Assembly: GCA_951406725.2 (NCBI GenBank)
Contig: OX597823.1
Location: 44,020,001 to 44,084,000 of the forward strand
Direction of reading: 5' to 3'
Source of the DNA: Octopus vulgaris
Taxonomy: Eukaryota
DNA: 64,000 bases
The notes under the pieces were generated by a model, which was not told the DNA's origin, did no database searches, and saw nothing but the letters and a program-made list of their open reading frames with translations. Below are positions 27,381-40,924 of this stretch, in pieces. A program made the position numbers and the translations under genes. Numbering within the stretch: the stretch's first letter is position 1; each line of letters starts with the position of its first letter.

Positions 27381-28106
27381 TCATCCAACAATTATACATA
27401 ATGCATACTTTGATACTTACATAAGTTTCGGTCAGTATTGGTCCAGACCATCACTAATTCAATAACATCGACTGGAAAAGGCATTTAATGATGTTTCATA
27501 TTACAATCACTCTGTGGGGACCATAGCCCATTTGAGAAAAGAGTTATTGTTTTCAGGTAGAGGTGGTTTATCTGGAATTTGTTGGACATATTTATCCAGA
27601 AACCATTTGATTAACATTATTTATTGAGATACTCGTTTGCTACTGTTTCAGTAAACTACAGTGCGGATACACTATCACTGATGGCTGTCAACAAAGCAGA
27701 ATGATGTACTGAGTTGTCTCCCGTGCTAAACGGGAAACTGAAAACAAACGTTAGTTATCGATTGATATTGTTTTTCTCTCGTGGTATGTTTATCGCACAT
27801 TAACTTTTAAGTGTTCCATGCAATGAATTTGCTTTTGAATATTGAACCGTATTTGGATAAATTTCTATCCGACAGTCTAAAGACTCTGCTGATTCACCAA
27901 CCAAATAAGTTTATCCTTGGTAAAAAAAACACCATTATATAATTTGTTTTAACTTATAGCACCAACGATAACTACCAGGTCCTGCGAAGACTTAGGCCGT
28001 TACTTATAATATGGAGATAATTTGCAGCACAGTGAATGACATGATGTTTCCGAGGATAGAAATAAACTCAATATCTGTGTACACATAAAAAGAGATACGT
28101 GCATTC

Positions 28107-28237
<131 letters not shown>

Positions 28238-28283
28238 TGCACGTTTAATGACTTTCCCCGAATTAAAACTAACAATTTGTTGA

Positions 28284-28425
28284 AATGGCTTAAACGATTT
28301 CGCAGGAGAGACCTGAGCCTTGAAAATCGTGAACGTAGTCGACGCCCATCTGTCATCGATGACGGTCAATTAAAGACCGTCATTGAGAAAGATCCACGTA
28401 AAACCACTCGGGGACTGGCAAAATT
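28284..28425 (+). mobile_element. Fragment of mariner family C (HTH region)
   Basis: Near identity to reverse complement of ~35690-35825. Confidence 0.8.
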
Positions 28426-28941
28426 GACATTTCTAGATAGACTCGTCACTAAAGCAACCAAGTGGAAATCCTTTGTTCTTTGTCTCATTCTTCAATACTT
28501 AGCTGACATTTCTTTATATACACTAAATTCAATAAAGATATCGCCCAAACTGCTTAAAAAGCAACCTTCCTAAAAACTCATACTTTGTTTAAACATTCAC
28601 CGAAATCTACACCCCACACACCCACACACTCGTGCATATACTCAAGCAGATTATATTGATTTCAAATTTTGGCACAAGGCCTGCAATTTTTTGGCAGGGT
28701 GGAATAAATCGATTACATCAATCCCAGCGCTCAACTGGTACTTATTTTATCGGCTACGAAAGAATGAAACTCAAAGTCGACCCCGGCGGTATGAACTCAG
28801 AACGTAAAGATGGACGAAATGCCGATAAATATTTCGCCCGGTATGCCAACAATTCTACCATCTCAGCGCCCTAAGCTCATTATATATTATCTATTTTCTG
28901 AGACAGTAGGTTCGATTTGTTGTAAATTGATCGTTATTTCT

Positions 28942-29352
28942 TATTTCTTTATTGCCCACAAGGAGCTAAACATAGAGGGGAGAAACAAAGACAGACAAAA
29001 GGGTTAAGTCGATTACATCGACCCCAGTGCGTAACTGGTACTTAATTTATCGAAAGGATGAAAGGCAAAGTCGACCACGGCGGAATTTGAACTCAGAACG
29101 TAACGGCAGACGAAATACTCATTTCTTTACTGCCCACAAGGGGCTAAACATAGAGTGGACAAACAAGGACAGACAAACCGATTAAGTCGATTATATCGAC
29201 CCCAGTGCGTAACTGGTACTTATTTAATCGACCCCGAAAAGATGAAAGGTACAGTCGACCTCAGCGGAATTTGAACTCAGAACGTTGTGGCAGACGAAAT
29301 ACCGGTAAGCATTTCGCCCGGCGTGCTAACGATTCTGCCAGCTCGCCGCCTT
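28942..29352 (-). mobile_element. Dimeric SINE with 15-bp TSD
   Basis: Two tandem monomers; ttga(t/c)cgttatttct at 28927-28941 and 29353-29367. Confidence 0.9.
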
Positions 29353-30256
29353 TTGACCGTTATTTCTATCAGGTTGAGCAACCACATAGAACATCGTACA
29401 GTGGGGATTAACTATGCAAATAATGATCCTTAAAAGAGCCACAACATGGAGAAGAGCTACGTGTGCTTTAGCCGACTTCATTAAGTCCTAGGGAGACTGC
29501 TTAAAGTCAACGACTCAGCAAGTTGGAACTTTATCCGGGTTTTCAATGTGTTTATGCTGAGTGTATAAAACCGCCCACTTCTCTGAATTACCCACACCAC
29601 ATCCCACCAGGTTTTCAAATGAGAATACTGAAGTAACGTATAACGAAGAAACATGCTAAAGGAAGCAATAACTCTACCCGGTCAAAAATCGAACTCTCTA
29701 ACGATGCTAAATATGTCCTACTTACCCATATTTTACCACCACCACCACAACCACCACCCGCCCAGGGATAAGGGATAAAGTTGATCGTTGCAAAATTTTA
29801 CTTTGGAGCCGTGTAGGAGGAAAAACTAAATACGGTAATACACTTAGCTCGTCGCTCTTTTATATCGGTCACCTTGATGACCTCAAACAAGAAAATAATA
29901 TTGATAAATCTTATTAATAACTTAAAAAGCAATGTAAAGCTGGACGATATAGGTTTTCTCGTAGGAATTTCTACTTCAGAAACCTTAGTTAAATTTTGGC
30001 GTTTGTTCATGGATGTGTGTCTGTGTAATGTGTGTTTGTGTAATGTGTGTGTATATGTTTGTATTTGTGAGTGTGTGTGTTGTGTGTGCATATGTGTGCG
30101 TGCGCATTTAAGTGTATAAATTAGTATTTATATCTGTGTGTATATGTATATTTTAATGAGTTTACGTGTAAGTGAACGTGTGTATGTATTTTTTGTCTGT
30201 TCGAATGTATGCGTGTATTGGTAATTATTTTTTTCTCTTTGTTGTTTGTGTGTGTC

Positions 30257-30368
<112 letters not shown>

Positions 30369-30384
30369 CATACATACATATATA

Positions 30385-30429
<45 letters not shown>

Positions 30430-30607
30430 GTATGTATAAATATACGTATGTGCGTATTTTCGTGTGTATATGTGAGCGTCTTTATGTGTAGATGTGTGTG
30501 GGTGTATGTATTTTTCTAGGTTTATGCGTGGAGGGTGGTGAAGATTTTTCGACCCAAGATATTTCTCTTCAGAAGTCTTCGTTAAATGTTGGCGATTGTT
30601 CATGTGC

Positions 30608-30663
<56 letters not shown>

Positions 30664-31028
30664 TTGTATGTATGTATTTATGTTTGTTTGTGTGCACATT
30701 TATATATATATATGTGTGTGTGTGTGTATATATATATATGTATAATAATATAAATATATATGTATATATGTATATATATATATATATATATATACGTGTG
30801 TTTGTATATATATATATGCGTGTATGTGCGCACGTTCATGAGCATGTGCGTGCGTGTGTGTGTATATGTATATGTGTACGCGCGTGCGCTCAAAGATCTT
30901 TCAACCCAATATATTTTTCTTTAGAACAGGAACAAATAATTTTTCTTATCGATAAAAAATTTCCTCTGTTTTCTAGATTTGGTTAAGCAAGAGAAGCAAC
31001 ACTGATAGTAGTAGTAGTAGTAGTAGTC

Positions 31029-31061
<33 letters not shown>

Positions 31062-31944
31062 GCAGCAGCAGCAGCAGCAGTAGTGTGGGTGGAGTGGTAG
31101 CAGTAGTAAGAGGAAGTGAAATAAAGAATTTTTTTCCTTATATCTTATCAACATTCTCTTTCTTTATTTCTCTCTCCAGCTTTTCCCCCCTCACCTACTT
31201 CTCCCCAACTTCTTCGGCACCTCTATTCTGTTATTCAATATACACCTACCAGGAATATGCTGGCAAAATAGGTCAAAGTTTACAATAGAACACACATTAG
31301 TTGGAAAAAAAAAAGAGGAAGTTGAAAATCTTAGTGATTCTTTTTTACCAAAATTTTTACCAAAATAATCAATTCAACGAAAAGAATTCTCCTTCAAAGT
31401 CTTGATTACATACTGAAAGAATCGGAACAAAATAGTCGGACCCACAAGCAGCATGCATCCGTGAAACAGGCTTCCTGTGTGGACTGTAATAAATTGAGCA
31501 AAAAACATTAATTATTATTTACTTTTTCCCTTTTAGCTTTTAACTTTTACTTGTTTCTGCCATTGACATATGCTGACACTGAGGTACCCCCTTGAAAGGT
31601 TTAGTCGAACAAATCAACCCCAATACTTGCTTTTTTTTTTTTAAGTCTGATATTTATTCTAACAAAGCGAGCCTTCTTAACTACAAAAACAAAAAAATCA
31701 CAGCATTAGGAATTGCTTCGGCGAGATAAAAGCTTGTAAAACAGTAAAAACTTGCACATACTTCATCATCCGGACACCAGACTTGCCGAAACGCAAAGTT
31801 ATGGGGCCGTAAAGAAACCAAAAGCGGTTGTCAAGTGGTATCGGACAAACAGCAATAACACACGCGCACACTCATACACACACATACAACACATATATAC
31901 ACATCATAGTCAGTTGCTTTATAACCATATGCTTACATGACTTC

Positions 31945-32590
31945 TCATGTATGACTTGGACGCCATACACACACCAAGAGCGCCGCCTAAATATCTTTCA
32001 CCTGCGCTGCCTCCGGAAAATCCTTGGCATCAAAATGGCAGAATCATGTCCCCAACAAAGATGTCCTCAAGCAAGCAGGAATACCAAGTATGTTTGCACT
32101 CCTCACACAAAGATGTATGAGATGGCTTGGACATGTTAGCCGTATGGAAGATGGCAGAATCCCCAAGGACATACTCTACGGAGAGCTTGCTAGGGGCACT
32201 AGGTCTGTGGGAAGACTGTTCTTACGATACAATGATGTTTGCAAAAGGGACATGAAGGCCTGCGACATCAATATTAGCAACTGGGAAGCAGTTGCCAGCA
32301 ACCGTGGATATTGGCGACGTACCATAAAAGAGGGAAAACAAAGGAGTGACAGAGGGGGAGAGGAGAAATAGAATGACAAGAAAAGACGTCAACAAGAAAC
32401 TATGACATTACAACCAGCCAGGCAAAGTCTTCGCTACATTTGCGGCACCTGCCAGAGGGAATGTTTGTCCAGGGTAAGACTACACATCCACGGCAGGAGA
32501 TGTATTAGGACATGAAATGTAAAAGCCGGACTAGATTATTTTATGCGCAACTCCATTGTCTCCCGAGACAAAATGGATGCCAACAAAATG
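31945..32590 (+). mobile_element. 3' end of RTE/BovB-like LINE
   Basis: FHLRCLRKILGI, RWLGHVSRMEDGRIPKDILYGEL, C-terminal C2HC-like CGTCQREC..H..RC, and tail ccattgtctcccgagac..ggatgccaacaa. Confidence 0.9.
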
Positions 32591-33052
32591 TCTTCTCAAA
32601 CCGCTTGCCTCTCCCCTCTGCTTAGCATAACTTTTTCCTTCACACACAATGCATTGACCACCACATCACACAGCTAGTGGCTTCTAAATATATTTTATCC
32701 CTCTTCACCCTGTAACTCTAGGCCATACTTCGCATAATGCCTCGCCCCAGTGACTAGTCTAGCTTACTGTTAATTCTAATTTACTTTCCCTCTCGCTGTT
32801 GCTTTCCTTCTTTACCCTTATTAGCACTGGTCACTTTTTTTCTATATATCTTTTTCAAACTTTGGAAGAGATCGCAACTACAATGTTGGTTACCTATCTT
32901 TTGCAGGGAAATGCACCATCTGTGCATATCTTCTTGAAACAGTTGTAAGAGATTATCTGCACATCTTCTTCCTTCCTTCTTCCTTTCTTTTCATTCAGTT
33001 TACCTAAGACAAATAAATCGGACTTACAGTATAACAGTTCCAGGAGAATGCT

Positions 33053-33436
33053 CTTGGAAGCACTCCGTCGGTTACGACGACAAGGGTTCCGGTTGATCCG
33101 ATCAACGTAACAGCCTGCTCGTGAAATTAACGTGTAAGTGGCTGAGCACTCCACAGACACATGTACCCTTAACGTAGTTCTCGGGGATATTCAGCATGCC
33201 CCAGAGAGCGACAAGGCCGGCCCTTTGAAATACAGGTACAGCAGAAACAGGAAGTAGGGGTGAGAGAAAGTCGTGGTGAAAGAGTACAGCAGGGATCACC
33301 ACTATCCCTGCCGGAGCCTCGTGGAGCTTTAGGTGTTTTCGCTCAATAAACACTCACAACGCCCGGTCTGGGAATCGAAACCGCGATCCTACGACCGCGA
33401 GTCCGCTGCCCTAACCACTGGGCCATTGCACCTCCT
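33053..33436 (-). mobile_element. Full-length tRNA(Arg-like) SINE, tail type A, 11-bp TSD
   Basis: Head gcaatggcccagtggttagggcagcggactcgcgg...ggtttcgattccc; TSD aggagaatgct at 33042-33052 and 33437-33447. Confidence 0.93.
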
Positions 33437-33773
33437 AGGAGAATGCTAGCATATACTATAACCATTATAAACATTCTTCAACTGATCTTTTATCGACCTC
33501 CTGTGAACTGTACTCCTTGAACAACTCAACCCTCATGTTAAATATATAAATGTCATAATCTGATCTAGCACCATTTGTTTGCCTGTTTATGCTTTTATTA
33601 TATCATACACGTACCTGCTCAACTGAAACATTGCCAATAGCTAATCTTCATTAGGCTATAACTTCCTTACTTTTATTTTAGTTGTTGTTCAAGTTGAAGT
33701 ATAGACAGCAAATCAACCTGAGCACTAATTGTTTGTACCTATTACCTTAGGTTATGAGATGTAATATTTCCTG

Positions 33774-33827
<54 letters not shown>

Positions 33828-34816
33828 ATGCATGTATGTATGTATGTGTGTTTATGTATATATATATCAGACAATTCAAATAAATAAGGAGAATTATACG
33901 TATATCTACACATTTTTATTATCACAGTCATTTATATATATATATATAAATATATATATATGACGGGCTTCATGTCTACCAAATTCCCTCCCAAGGCATT
34001 GGTCGGTCCCCGGGCTCTGTTGTAGAAGATACTTGCCTAATGTGATGTGCTGTGGGACTGAACCCGAGACCACGTGATTGCAAAGCGAGCCTCCTTAACC
34101 ACATAATAAAAGAATTCACAGCATTGGAAATTGCTTCGGTGAAACACTTGCTTGTAAAAAGATAAAAACCTGAATAAACTTCATTATCAGGACATCGAAT
34201 GGATATTTGCTCAATGTAGTTTCGTTCATAAGCATTCGCATCTAAGATATAGCAAGTCACGTGGTATTGTCAACAAATTAGAACTATGGAAAATATGGTA
34301 AAACTGTTTAGGAGAAGAATTTTCTACACTATAAGGTTGAATAATTTCTGATATAAAACACAAATCACAGAATTAGAGCTATATCAATAAATATACCGAG
34401 AATAATTTTATAAATGAACTGTGTATGGGTGCGCGCTCGCTCGCATATGTGCGTGTTACAAATCCACTGTAATGTAATTCGTAGCGAATATCTAACCCAA
34501 TAAACCACTAAATTCCAGATGAACCAGGGCTTATAATGAACTATAAAGACCTACATCATGGTTATCATGAAAAAAATATATAAGAGACAACAGAAAGAAT
34601 TAAACTAGACTTGAACTCACACCAGGCAATGAAAGAACTCAACATAACTAGGACTACAAATGGGGATGACGTTGATTATGTTGAAAAACAAATTCTAATG
34701 AACGAACAAAAAATTGGGGACTCATAAGCAAATGTATAACCATCACAATCATAACAATTTCATGTAATAAACGTAGGCCTGAGTTGCTTTATTGGAGACC
34801 CTTATGGTTTCGACAC

Positions 34817-34848
<32 letters not shown>

Positions 34849-34854
<6 letters not shown>

Positions 34855-36137
34855 TGAGTAAAAGTAAGCAAAGTTTTTTAAACATGAAATTCATCACAAT
34901 ATATTTCAACAATGCGGAAATTTCATTCACCAAAGTAAGTACCATTTTACAATCAACACAGTTTTGCCAATGAGTTACGAGTTTTTTGTTTTGTTTTTGT
35001 TTTTTGTTTGTTTTTTTTTTATTCCGGAAACATAAAAATCTAGATTTCTGGAGCTGATGAACTCTTTGAATGCACTTTCAGCATCGGTTTGGTTTTTGAA
35101 CTCCTTCTCTCGCAGGAAACCATCAAGATGCTTGAAAAAGTAGTAGTCGGTAGGAAAAAAGTCTGGGGAATAAGCTGGGGAAGAACTTCGTAGCCAAGTT
35201 CCCTCAACTTCTGGAGCGTCATTAGTGAAACATGTGGTCAAGCATTGTCATGAAGAATGATTGGCCCTCTTCTGTTGACCAGTCTGGGACGGAGGAGCAG
35301 CAGTTTTTCGTTCATTTTGGCAATTTCATGGTAATATGCTTCTGCAGTGATGGTTTTCCCGGGTTTTAAGAAGCACCAAAACAATCACCATAAACTTCTT
35401 TTTGAAGAGCTCGGGTTTAGGGAAGGGTTTCCGTGCTTCATTTTGGTCTAACCACTGCGGAGAACGTTTTTTATTATTGTACAGAATCCACTTTTCATTG
35501 CAAGTTACAATACGGCCGATAAATGGATCGGTCTGGTTAGGGACAAGAAGCGACGAGCAAATTTCATATCTGCGCATTTTCTGAGTTTCATTCAAATCGT
35601 GTGGTACCCATTTGTCGAGCTTTTTTTTATTTTCCGATCGTATGCAAATGGTTGGAGGCAGATTTCTGGCTAACTTGAAGTTCTTTTGCCAGTCCCCGAC
35701 TGGTTTTACGTGGATCTTTCTCAATGACGGTCTTTAATTGACCGTCATCGATGACAGATGGATGTCCACTACGTTCCCGATTTTCAAGGCTCAGGTCTCC
35801 CCTGCGAAATCGTTTAAACCATTTTCGAGCTGGTTATTTCCTCATCAAACGTTTCGTTGATATCGCGAGTAGTTTCAACTGCTTTAATTCCGTTTTTTTT
35901 TTGTTTGTTTTTTTAAGTTAAATAGCAAAATTGCTCGAATACTGCGTTTTGACAGTTCCGTTTCACAACGGTGAAAAAAAACACATCAATGTTAATTTAT
36001 TGATGCGTTTGGGCATGTCTATGTCTGTATTATCAGACAATTGCCAAAAAAATGTTTTAAAATAATTTTAAACTCTGCAAATATCCAGTACAAATTCTTC
36101 ATGGTTAAAAACGTTGCTTACATTTTACTCAACCTGA
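34849..36137 (-). mobile_element. Mariner DNA transposon, family C, degraded
   Basis: TIRs aggttgagtaaaa(t)gtaagcaa; WVPHDL, VTCNEKW, HDNA, YSPDFFPTDYY motifs with frameshifts. Confidence 0.92.
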
Positions 36138-36176
36138 TCTCTCTCCCTCATCTCTCTCCCTCTCTCTCTCTCCCCC

Positions 36177-36252
<76 letters not shown>

Positions 36253-36429
36253 TTTAAGAATTCCATTTATAGAGGTATTTTCAATGAATGAAGCCTATCT
36301 TTTTGCTTAAAATATATTTAATCATGAATGTATTATTAGAATTTACATATTTACTTGTTCTGCAGAGAATTGTGTTGGATACACTTCTGATTATTTACCT
36401 TTTCTTTCTTTTACTAAAATGGTATTGCA

Positions 36430-36960
36430 AATGCCATGAAACAGTAAAATAGAAATCTTCGCAGATGCCTCTAAGCTCCAGAAAATCATCAATGTAGTAT
36501 ATGACCAAACGAAACTCTAATCTGATCTACACGCCGTTCTTTGATGGGCGGGAAAACAACATGTTGTTACACGAAGGAAAGAGAATATAGTTATCGCGTG
36601 TGACCTTCTGTAGCGTTATATAATCTAAAGAGCGTAGGGTGTAATTGTGATCAACAGCCTGAGCTGGAGCACACACATCAACAATAAAGTCGACAGAACG
36701 TGCGCATGGATACTTAGAATATTCCAGTTCAGAGGTCCTGATTACATCATCTCTCTCTACGTTTACCAGATCTCACCTTAAATATTGCTGCTCACTATGG
36801 TCTCCCTACAGAAAGCAAAACGTTATGGGATTTAAAGTACCCCAGAGATCGATTGCAAAAAAAAGATAAAGACATGAAAGGCCTTGATTATTGGGATCGC
36901 TGCATACAGCTCAAACTTTCTTCTCTCCACGACGCCGTGGGAGCTACATTATCTGTGCAA
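36430..36960 (+). mobile_element. CR1/Jockey-like LINE RT fragment, degraded
   Basis: IFADASKL (FADD-like), GVIV..SLSWSTHIN, RSHLKYCCSLWSPY motifs. Confidence 0.7.
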
Positions 36961-37194
36961 TTTGTGCTAACTTTTTCAAAATTATCCCGACAGAAACCTA
37001 AGAAAAAAAATCACCCCATAACATTCAAACGGTGGTTGGACAAATTGCTCCAAAAGTATCAAATCACCGACATTTGGTGGAGACATCACAACAAACAATA
37101 ACTCTCTATTATGTGTGTGTGTGTATGTGTATGTGAGTGTGTGTGCGCGCGCGCTCGTGTGTGTGTGTGTGTGTGTGTGTGTGAAGGCGTGTGT

Positions 37195-37563
37195 GTGGAG
37201 GCGCAATAGCCCTGTGGTTAGGGCAGCGGACTCTCGGTCAAAGGATTACAGCTTTGATTCCAAGACCGGGCGTTTTGAGTGTTTATTGAGCGAAAACACC
37301 TAAAGCTCCAAAGGGCTCTGGCAGGGGGTGGTAACGAACCCTGCTATACTCTTTCACCACAACTTTCTCTCACTCTCTCTTCCTGCTTCTATTGTACCTG
37401 TATTTCAAAGGACCAGTCTTGTCACGCTGAATCTCCCTGAGAACTACGTTAAGGGTACATGTGTCTGTGGAGTGCACAGCCACTTGCACGTTAATTTCAC
37501 GAGCACGCTATTCCGTTGATCGGTTCAACTGGAACCCTCGTCGCTGTAACCGATGGGGTGCCA
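37195..37563 (+). mobile_element. tRNA(Arg-like) SINE, tail type A
   Basis: Same head and tail as 33053-33436 and 54598-54950. Confidence 0.9.
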
Positions 37564-37623
37564 CATATAATATATTCATACTTATAGATATATAGATTTA
37601 AATATAGATATGCATATGTGTAT

Positions 37624-37683
<60 letters not shown>

Positions 37684-38214
37684 TATAAGGGCGATGGAAA
37701 GAGAAGGATGATAAAGACAAGAAAAGTCAGAGTAATACTCAACTTCGGATTGCAATGACCTGATGTGGATAAAGAGATATATAACAGATAAAGATTAATC
37801 CAAGATGGCGACAAAAATTGTTGCTCGTGATTAATAGATATGTTTAATAACATTCAGGACATATATTACTGCATGCGTAGCAGTGATTGGCTACTGGAGT
37901 TTTTGGTCACGTGCATCTGCACAGGAGACAAAAATATTTATTAATCTCATCAAGTATAATAAATATAATGTTTATATCAGCTGCAATTCGCTTCTTAGTT
38001 TGTGGCAGGTGATGGAAAATTTATTTATAAATTATATCAGGCAGAATAATTAAAATTATTAAGCTTGCTATTATTTACTTATAGAACCTGTCAGGAAAAA
38101 CATTGCTTATATGTTATTTCCTATACAATATATTGATTTCTTGTATACTATTTATCTAACACATACTAAAGGAGTTAGAGATAGAGAGGGAGAAAGAAAA
38201 CTAGAGAAAGAGAG

Positions 38215-38245
<31 letters not shown>

Positions 38246-38338
38246 AGGAGAGAGAGAGAAAGCCTCTATTTGCCACTTCCTAGAGAGCGTGTTGTACACT
38301 ATATATTATCATCCCTCTCTTTCCATCGCCCTTATATT

Positions 38339-38378
<40 letters not shown>

Positions 38379-39267
38379 ATACACATATGCATATCTATAT
38401 TTATATCTATATATCTATATGTATGAATATATTATATGTGGCACTCCATCGGTTACAGCGACGAGGGTTCCAGTTGAACCGATCAACGGAACAGCGTGCT
38501 CGTGAAATTAACGTGCAAGTGGCTGTGCACTCCACAGACACATGTACCCTTAACGTAGTTCTCAGGGAGATTCAGCCGTTGTTTCAGGAGCCTGCTGTAC
38601 ACAATTTAACAAACACGAGCTGGCTACGTCATCCCACTCACCGTCTTTAGAAATGAACGGCGATTTGTATGGTATGGCCTTAAACAAAGGTAGGATGGTC
38701 ACGGCTGTGACAGCTTTGATCATAGGGCTGCTTGATCTGGACTCAACACTCAATAACACTTACTATATTCTATATTTACAATCAATAAACCAATAGTTGT
38801 TAGTTATGTTAATCCAGGTTGACAGAAAATCGGTTTCGAGATAATTCTGTTTCAAGAGTCCAGTTGATTATCTTAAGATTAAATATTTTAAATCAGTTTA
38901 TAAAGTAATTAATTAATGACTCATTAAACAATAGCTGTTCTGCGATTACTTTTGTAGGTACTGAGTTTTGATTACTTTATTTGTTTCTGTTGCTGTTATT
39001 GTTTTATATTTTGGGTGTTGGCTGTTTGCTTGTTTTTGTCATCGATGCAAAATCCCTAAATAACGGAGCTGATTGAATCGACCCCATTATGTAATTGGTA
39101 CTTAATTTATTAACAAAAACAATGTAAGTTCATCGGCCTCCAAGAAAAATCATGAAAGAAGACCGCGTTGAGATTTGAACCTCGAACGTAAATAGGATCA
39201 AGTGAAATTGTACATTATTTACATTATTTACACTTGACAGATATTTGTCCTCATCCTGTTTGTTGTT

Positions 39268-39312
39268 AACACAACGTTTCGGCTGATATACCCTCCAGCC
39301 TTCTCAGATGTC
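39268..39312 (-). ncRNA. Mutated type I hammerhead ribozyme (core CUGA-GA, one base deleted)
   Basis: Minus strand gacat ctgaga aggctg gagggtata tcagcc gaaacgtt gtgtt. Confidence 0.6.
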
Positions 39313-39370
39313 TTGGGGAAATTTCGAACCTGGGTTCTTATTCCTAAGGTATTTTTCGATGTTATTATTA

Positions 39371-39438
<68 letters not shown>

Positions 39439-40016
39439 GAGTGAGAGAGCAGTTCATGCCATCAAAGTGACACTAGGGTAAAATATACGAAGCCCAATAT
39501 ACCCATCATGACTACCCGTCTGATAAGGGTACACCAGGCACATGCATCACAACCATATGTGCGCGACATGGTGATTGCATATCAAGATAAACAGTACATG
39601 ACCTTGCAGGTGGGGCCCAGTTAGAATTTTCTTCAGGTTGAGTAGCCCATCCCGCTCAAAAGGTCCCTGAATAAGGGTTGTTTGAGGATGTTGAAAGAAC
39701 CACCCATGTTTCCAGAGGTGAATTATTCAAACCCCAAAGAATCCCTCTCAACACATGGCTATGATGCTCCCCCCCACCACTTCTGCTCGTGATCAGAGAT
39801 GCACATATTGTCAGCCACTAATGGACATGCTCAACTGGTTAAGGTCAAACAACTGACAAGTAAATCTGTGGTATTGAGCAGAATATTTGCTATAGCCCAT
39901 ATTTTATACCAAGACAAAACAATATACATGATAACACTTCCAGTCAGTTAAGATCAGAAGCCATGAGAGCCACTGCCTGGTACTGCGTCAGGGCATGGTA
40001 CTGCGTCAGGGCATTT
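39439..40016 (-). mobile_element. Non-autonomous repeat inserted in (TAA)n
   Basis: Bounded by (tta)n both sides; second copy at 10815-11075; short tandem duplication tggtactgcgtcagggca at one end. Confidence 0.8.
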
Positions 40017-40017
40017 A

Positions 40018-40077
<60 letters not shown>

Positions 40078-40151
40078 TCACTGCCTGGAATCGTACTCAG
40101 AATATTGGGGTTAGTAGCTCGCGCTCTTAACCACTACGCCATATACCCGTC

Positions 40152-40209
40152 GTTAAGAGCATGGGCTACTAAACCCAAGATTCCGAGTACGATTCCAGGC
40201 AGTGACCTG

Positions 40210-40298
<89 letters not shown>

Positions 40299-40605
40299 TA
40301 ATATAATAATGATAATGATAATAATGATAATGAAGAAGAAGAAGAAGAAGAAGAAGAAGAAGAAGAAGAAGAAGAAGAAGAAGAAGAAGAAGAAGAAGAA
40401 GAAGAAGAAGAAGAAGAAGAAGAAGAAGAAGATCGAAATATACCTTAGGAATAAGAACCCAGGTTCGAAATGTCCCCAAGACACCTGATGAAGGCTGGAG
40501 GGTATATTAGCCGAAACGTTGTGTTAACAACAAACAAGATGAGGACAAACATCCGTCAAATGTAAATAATGTATATAATTCCTCATCTCTCAAACATAGA
40601 ACTGT
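40152..40605 (+). mobile_element. tRNA-headed SINE-like element with hammerhead (right copy, A box truncated)
   Basis: gttaagagc..ctactaa..aagattccgagtacgattccaggcagtgacctg, (AAT)n(GAA)n, body to ...atagaactgt. Confidence 0.85.
40480..40525 (+). ncRNA. Minimal type I hammerhead ribozyme
   Basis: Stem I gacac/gtgtt; CUGAUGA 40485-40491; extra A; stem II ggctg/tagcc; GAAA 40513-40516; palindromic aacgtt stem III; GUU cleavage triplet ending 40520. Confidence 0.8.
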
Positions 40606-40893
40606 ATGAAGTGAACTCTTGAGAAATTTAGTTTCATAAGCAACGTTCTGCAGCATTTACCTACATTCTATATGTGCTGATTACTAACTCCAGCACAAGC
40701 TAGCACGTTTGTAAAGAAGACTGATGCGACTCGAGCGCATCGATTAATTCATGTTCAGCTATTAATCAAATCGCAAAATCGTCTTCGCTGAGATAATTTG
40801 GGAACGTTAAAGGGATGTCACTAATCACGGCAGGATATTTTATCAGGAACTGCACCGTTTCTATCATTTCATTCCATCATTTACCATATCTTC

Positions 40894-40924
<31 letters not shown>

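Larger units (their letters stand above)
39207..40150 (-). mobile_element. tRNA-headed SINE-like element with hammerhead (left copy), interrupted by a ~578-bp insertion
   Basis: Head cgggtatatggcgtagtggttaagagcgc..gagtacgattcc at 40150-40071, (AAT)n linker, body 39365-39207 matching the right copy. Confidence 0.85.

Noticed and set aside
28942-29352. CRISPR-like repeat-spacer pattern in recurring SINE cores
   Set aside because: Eukaryotic SINE monomers with TSDs; no unique spacers or cas genes
32887-33004. Possible minus-strand exon (ttag|GTAAAC...ATAG|gtaacc)
   Set aside because: Only open frame ends in a stop at the putative donor; no recognisable protein
40071-40150. tRNA gene
   Set aside because: Acceptor and T arms are degenerate and it is joined to a repeat body; it is a SINE head. 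The same applies to the other tRNA-like heads
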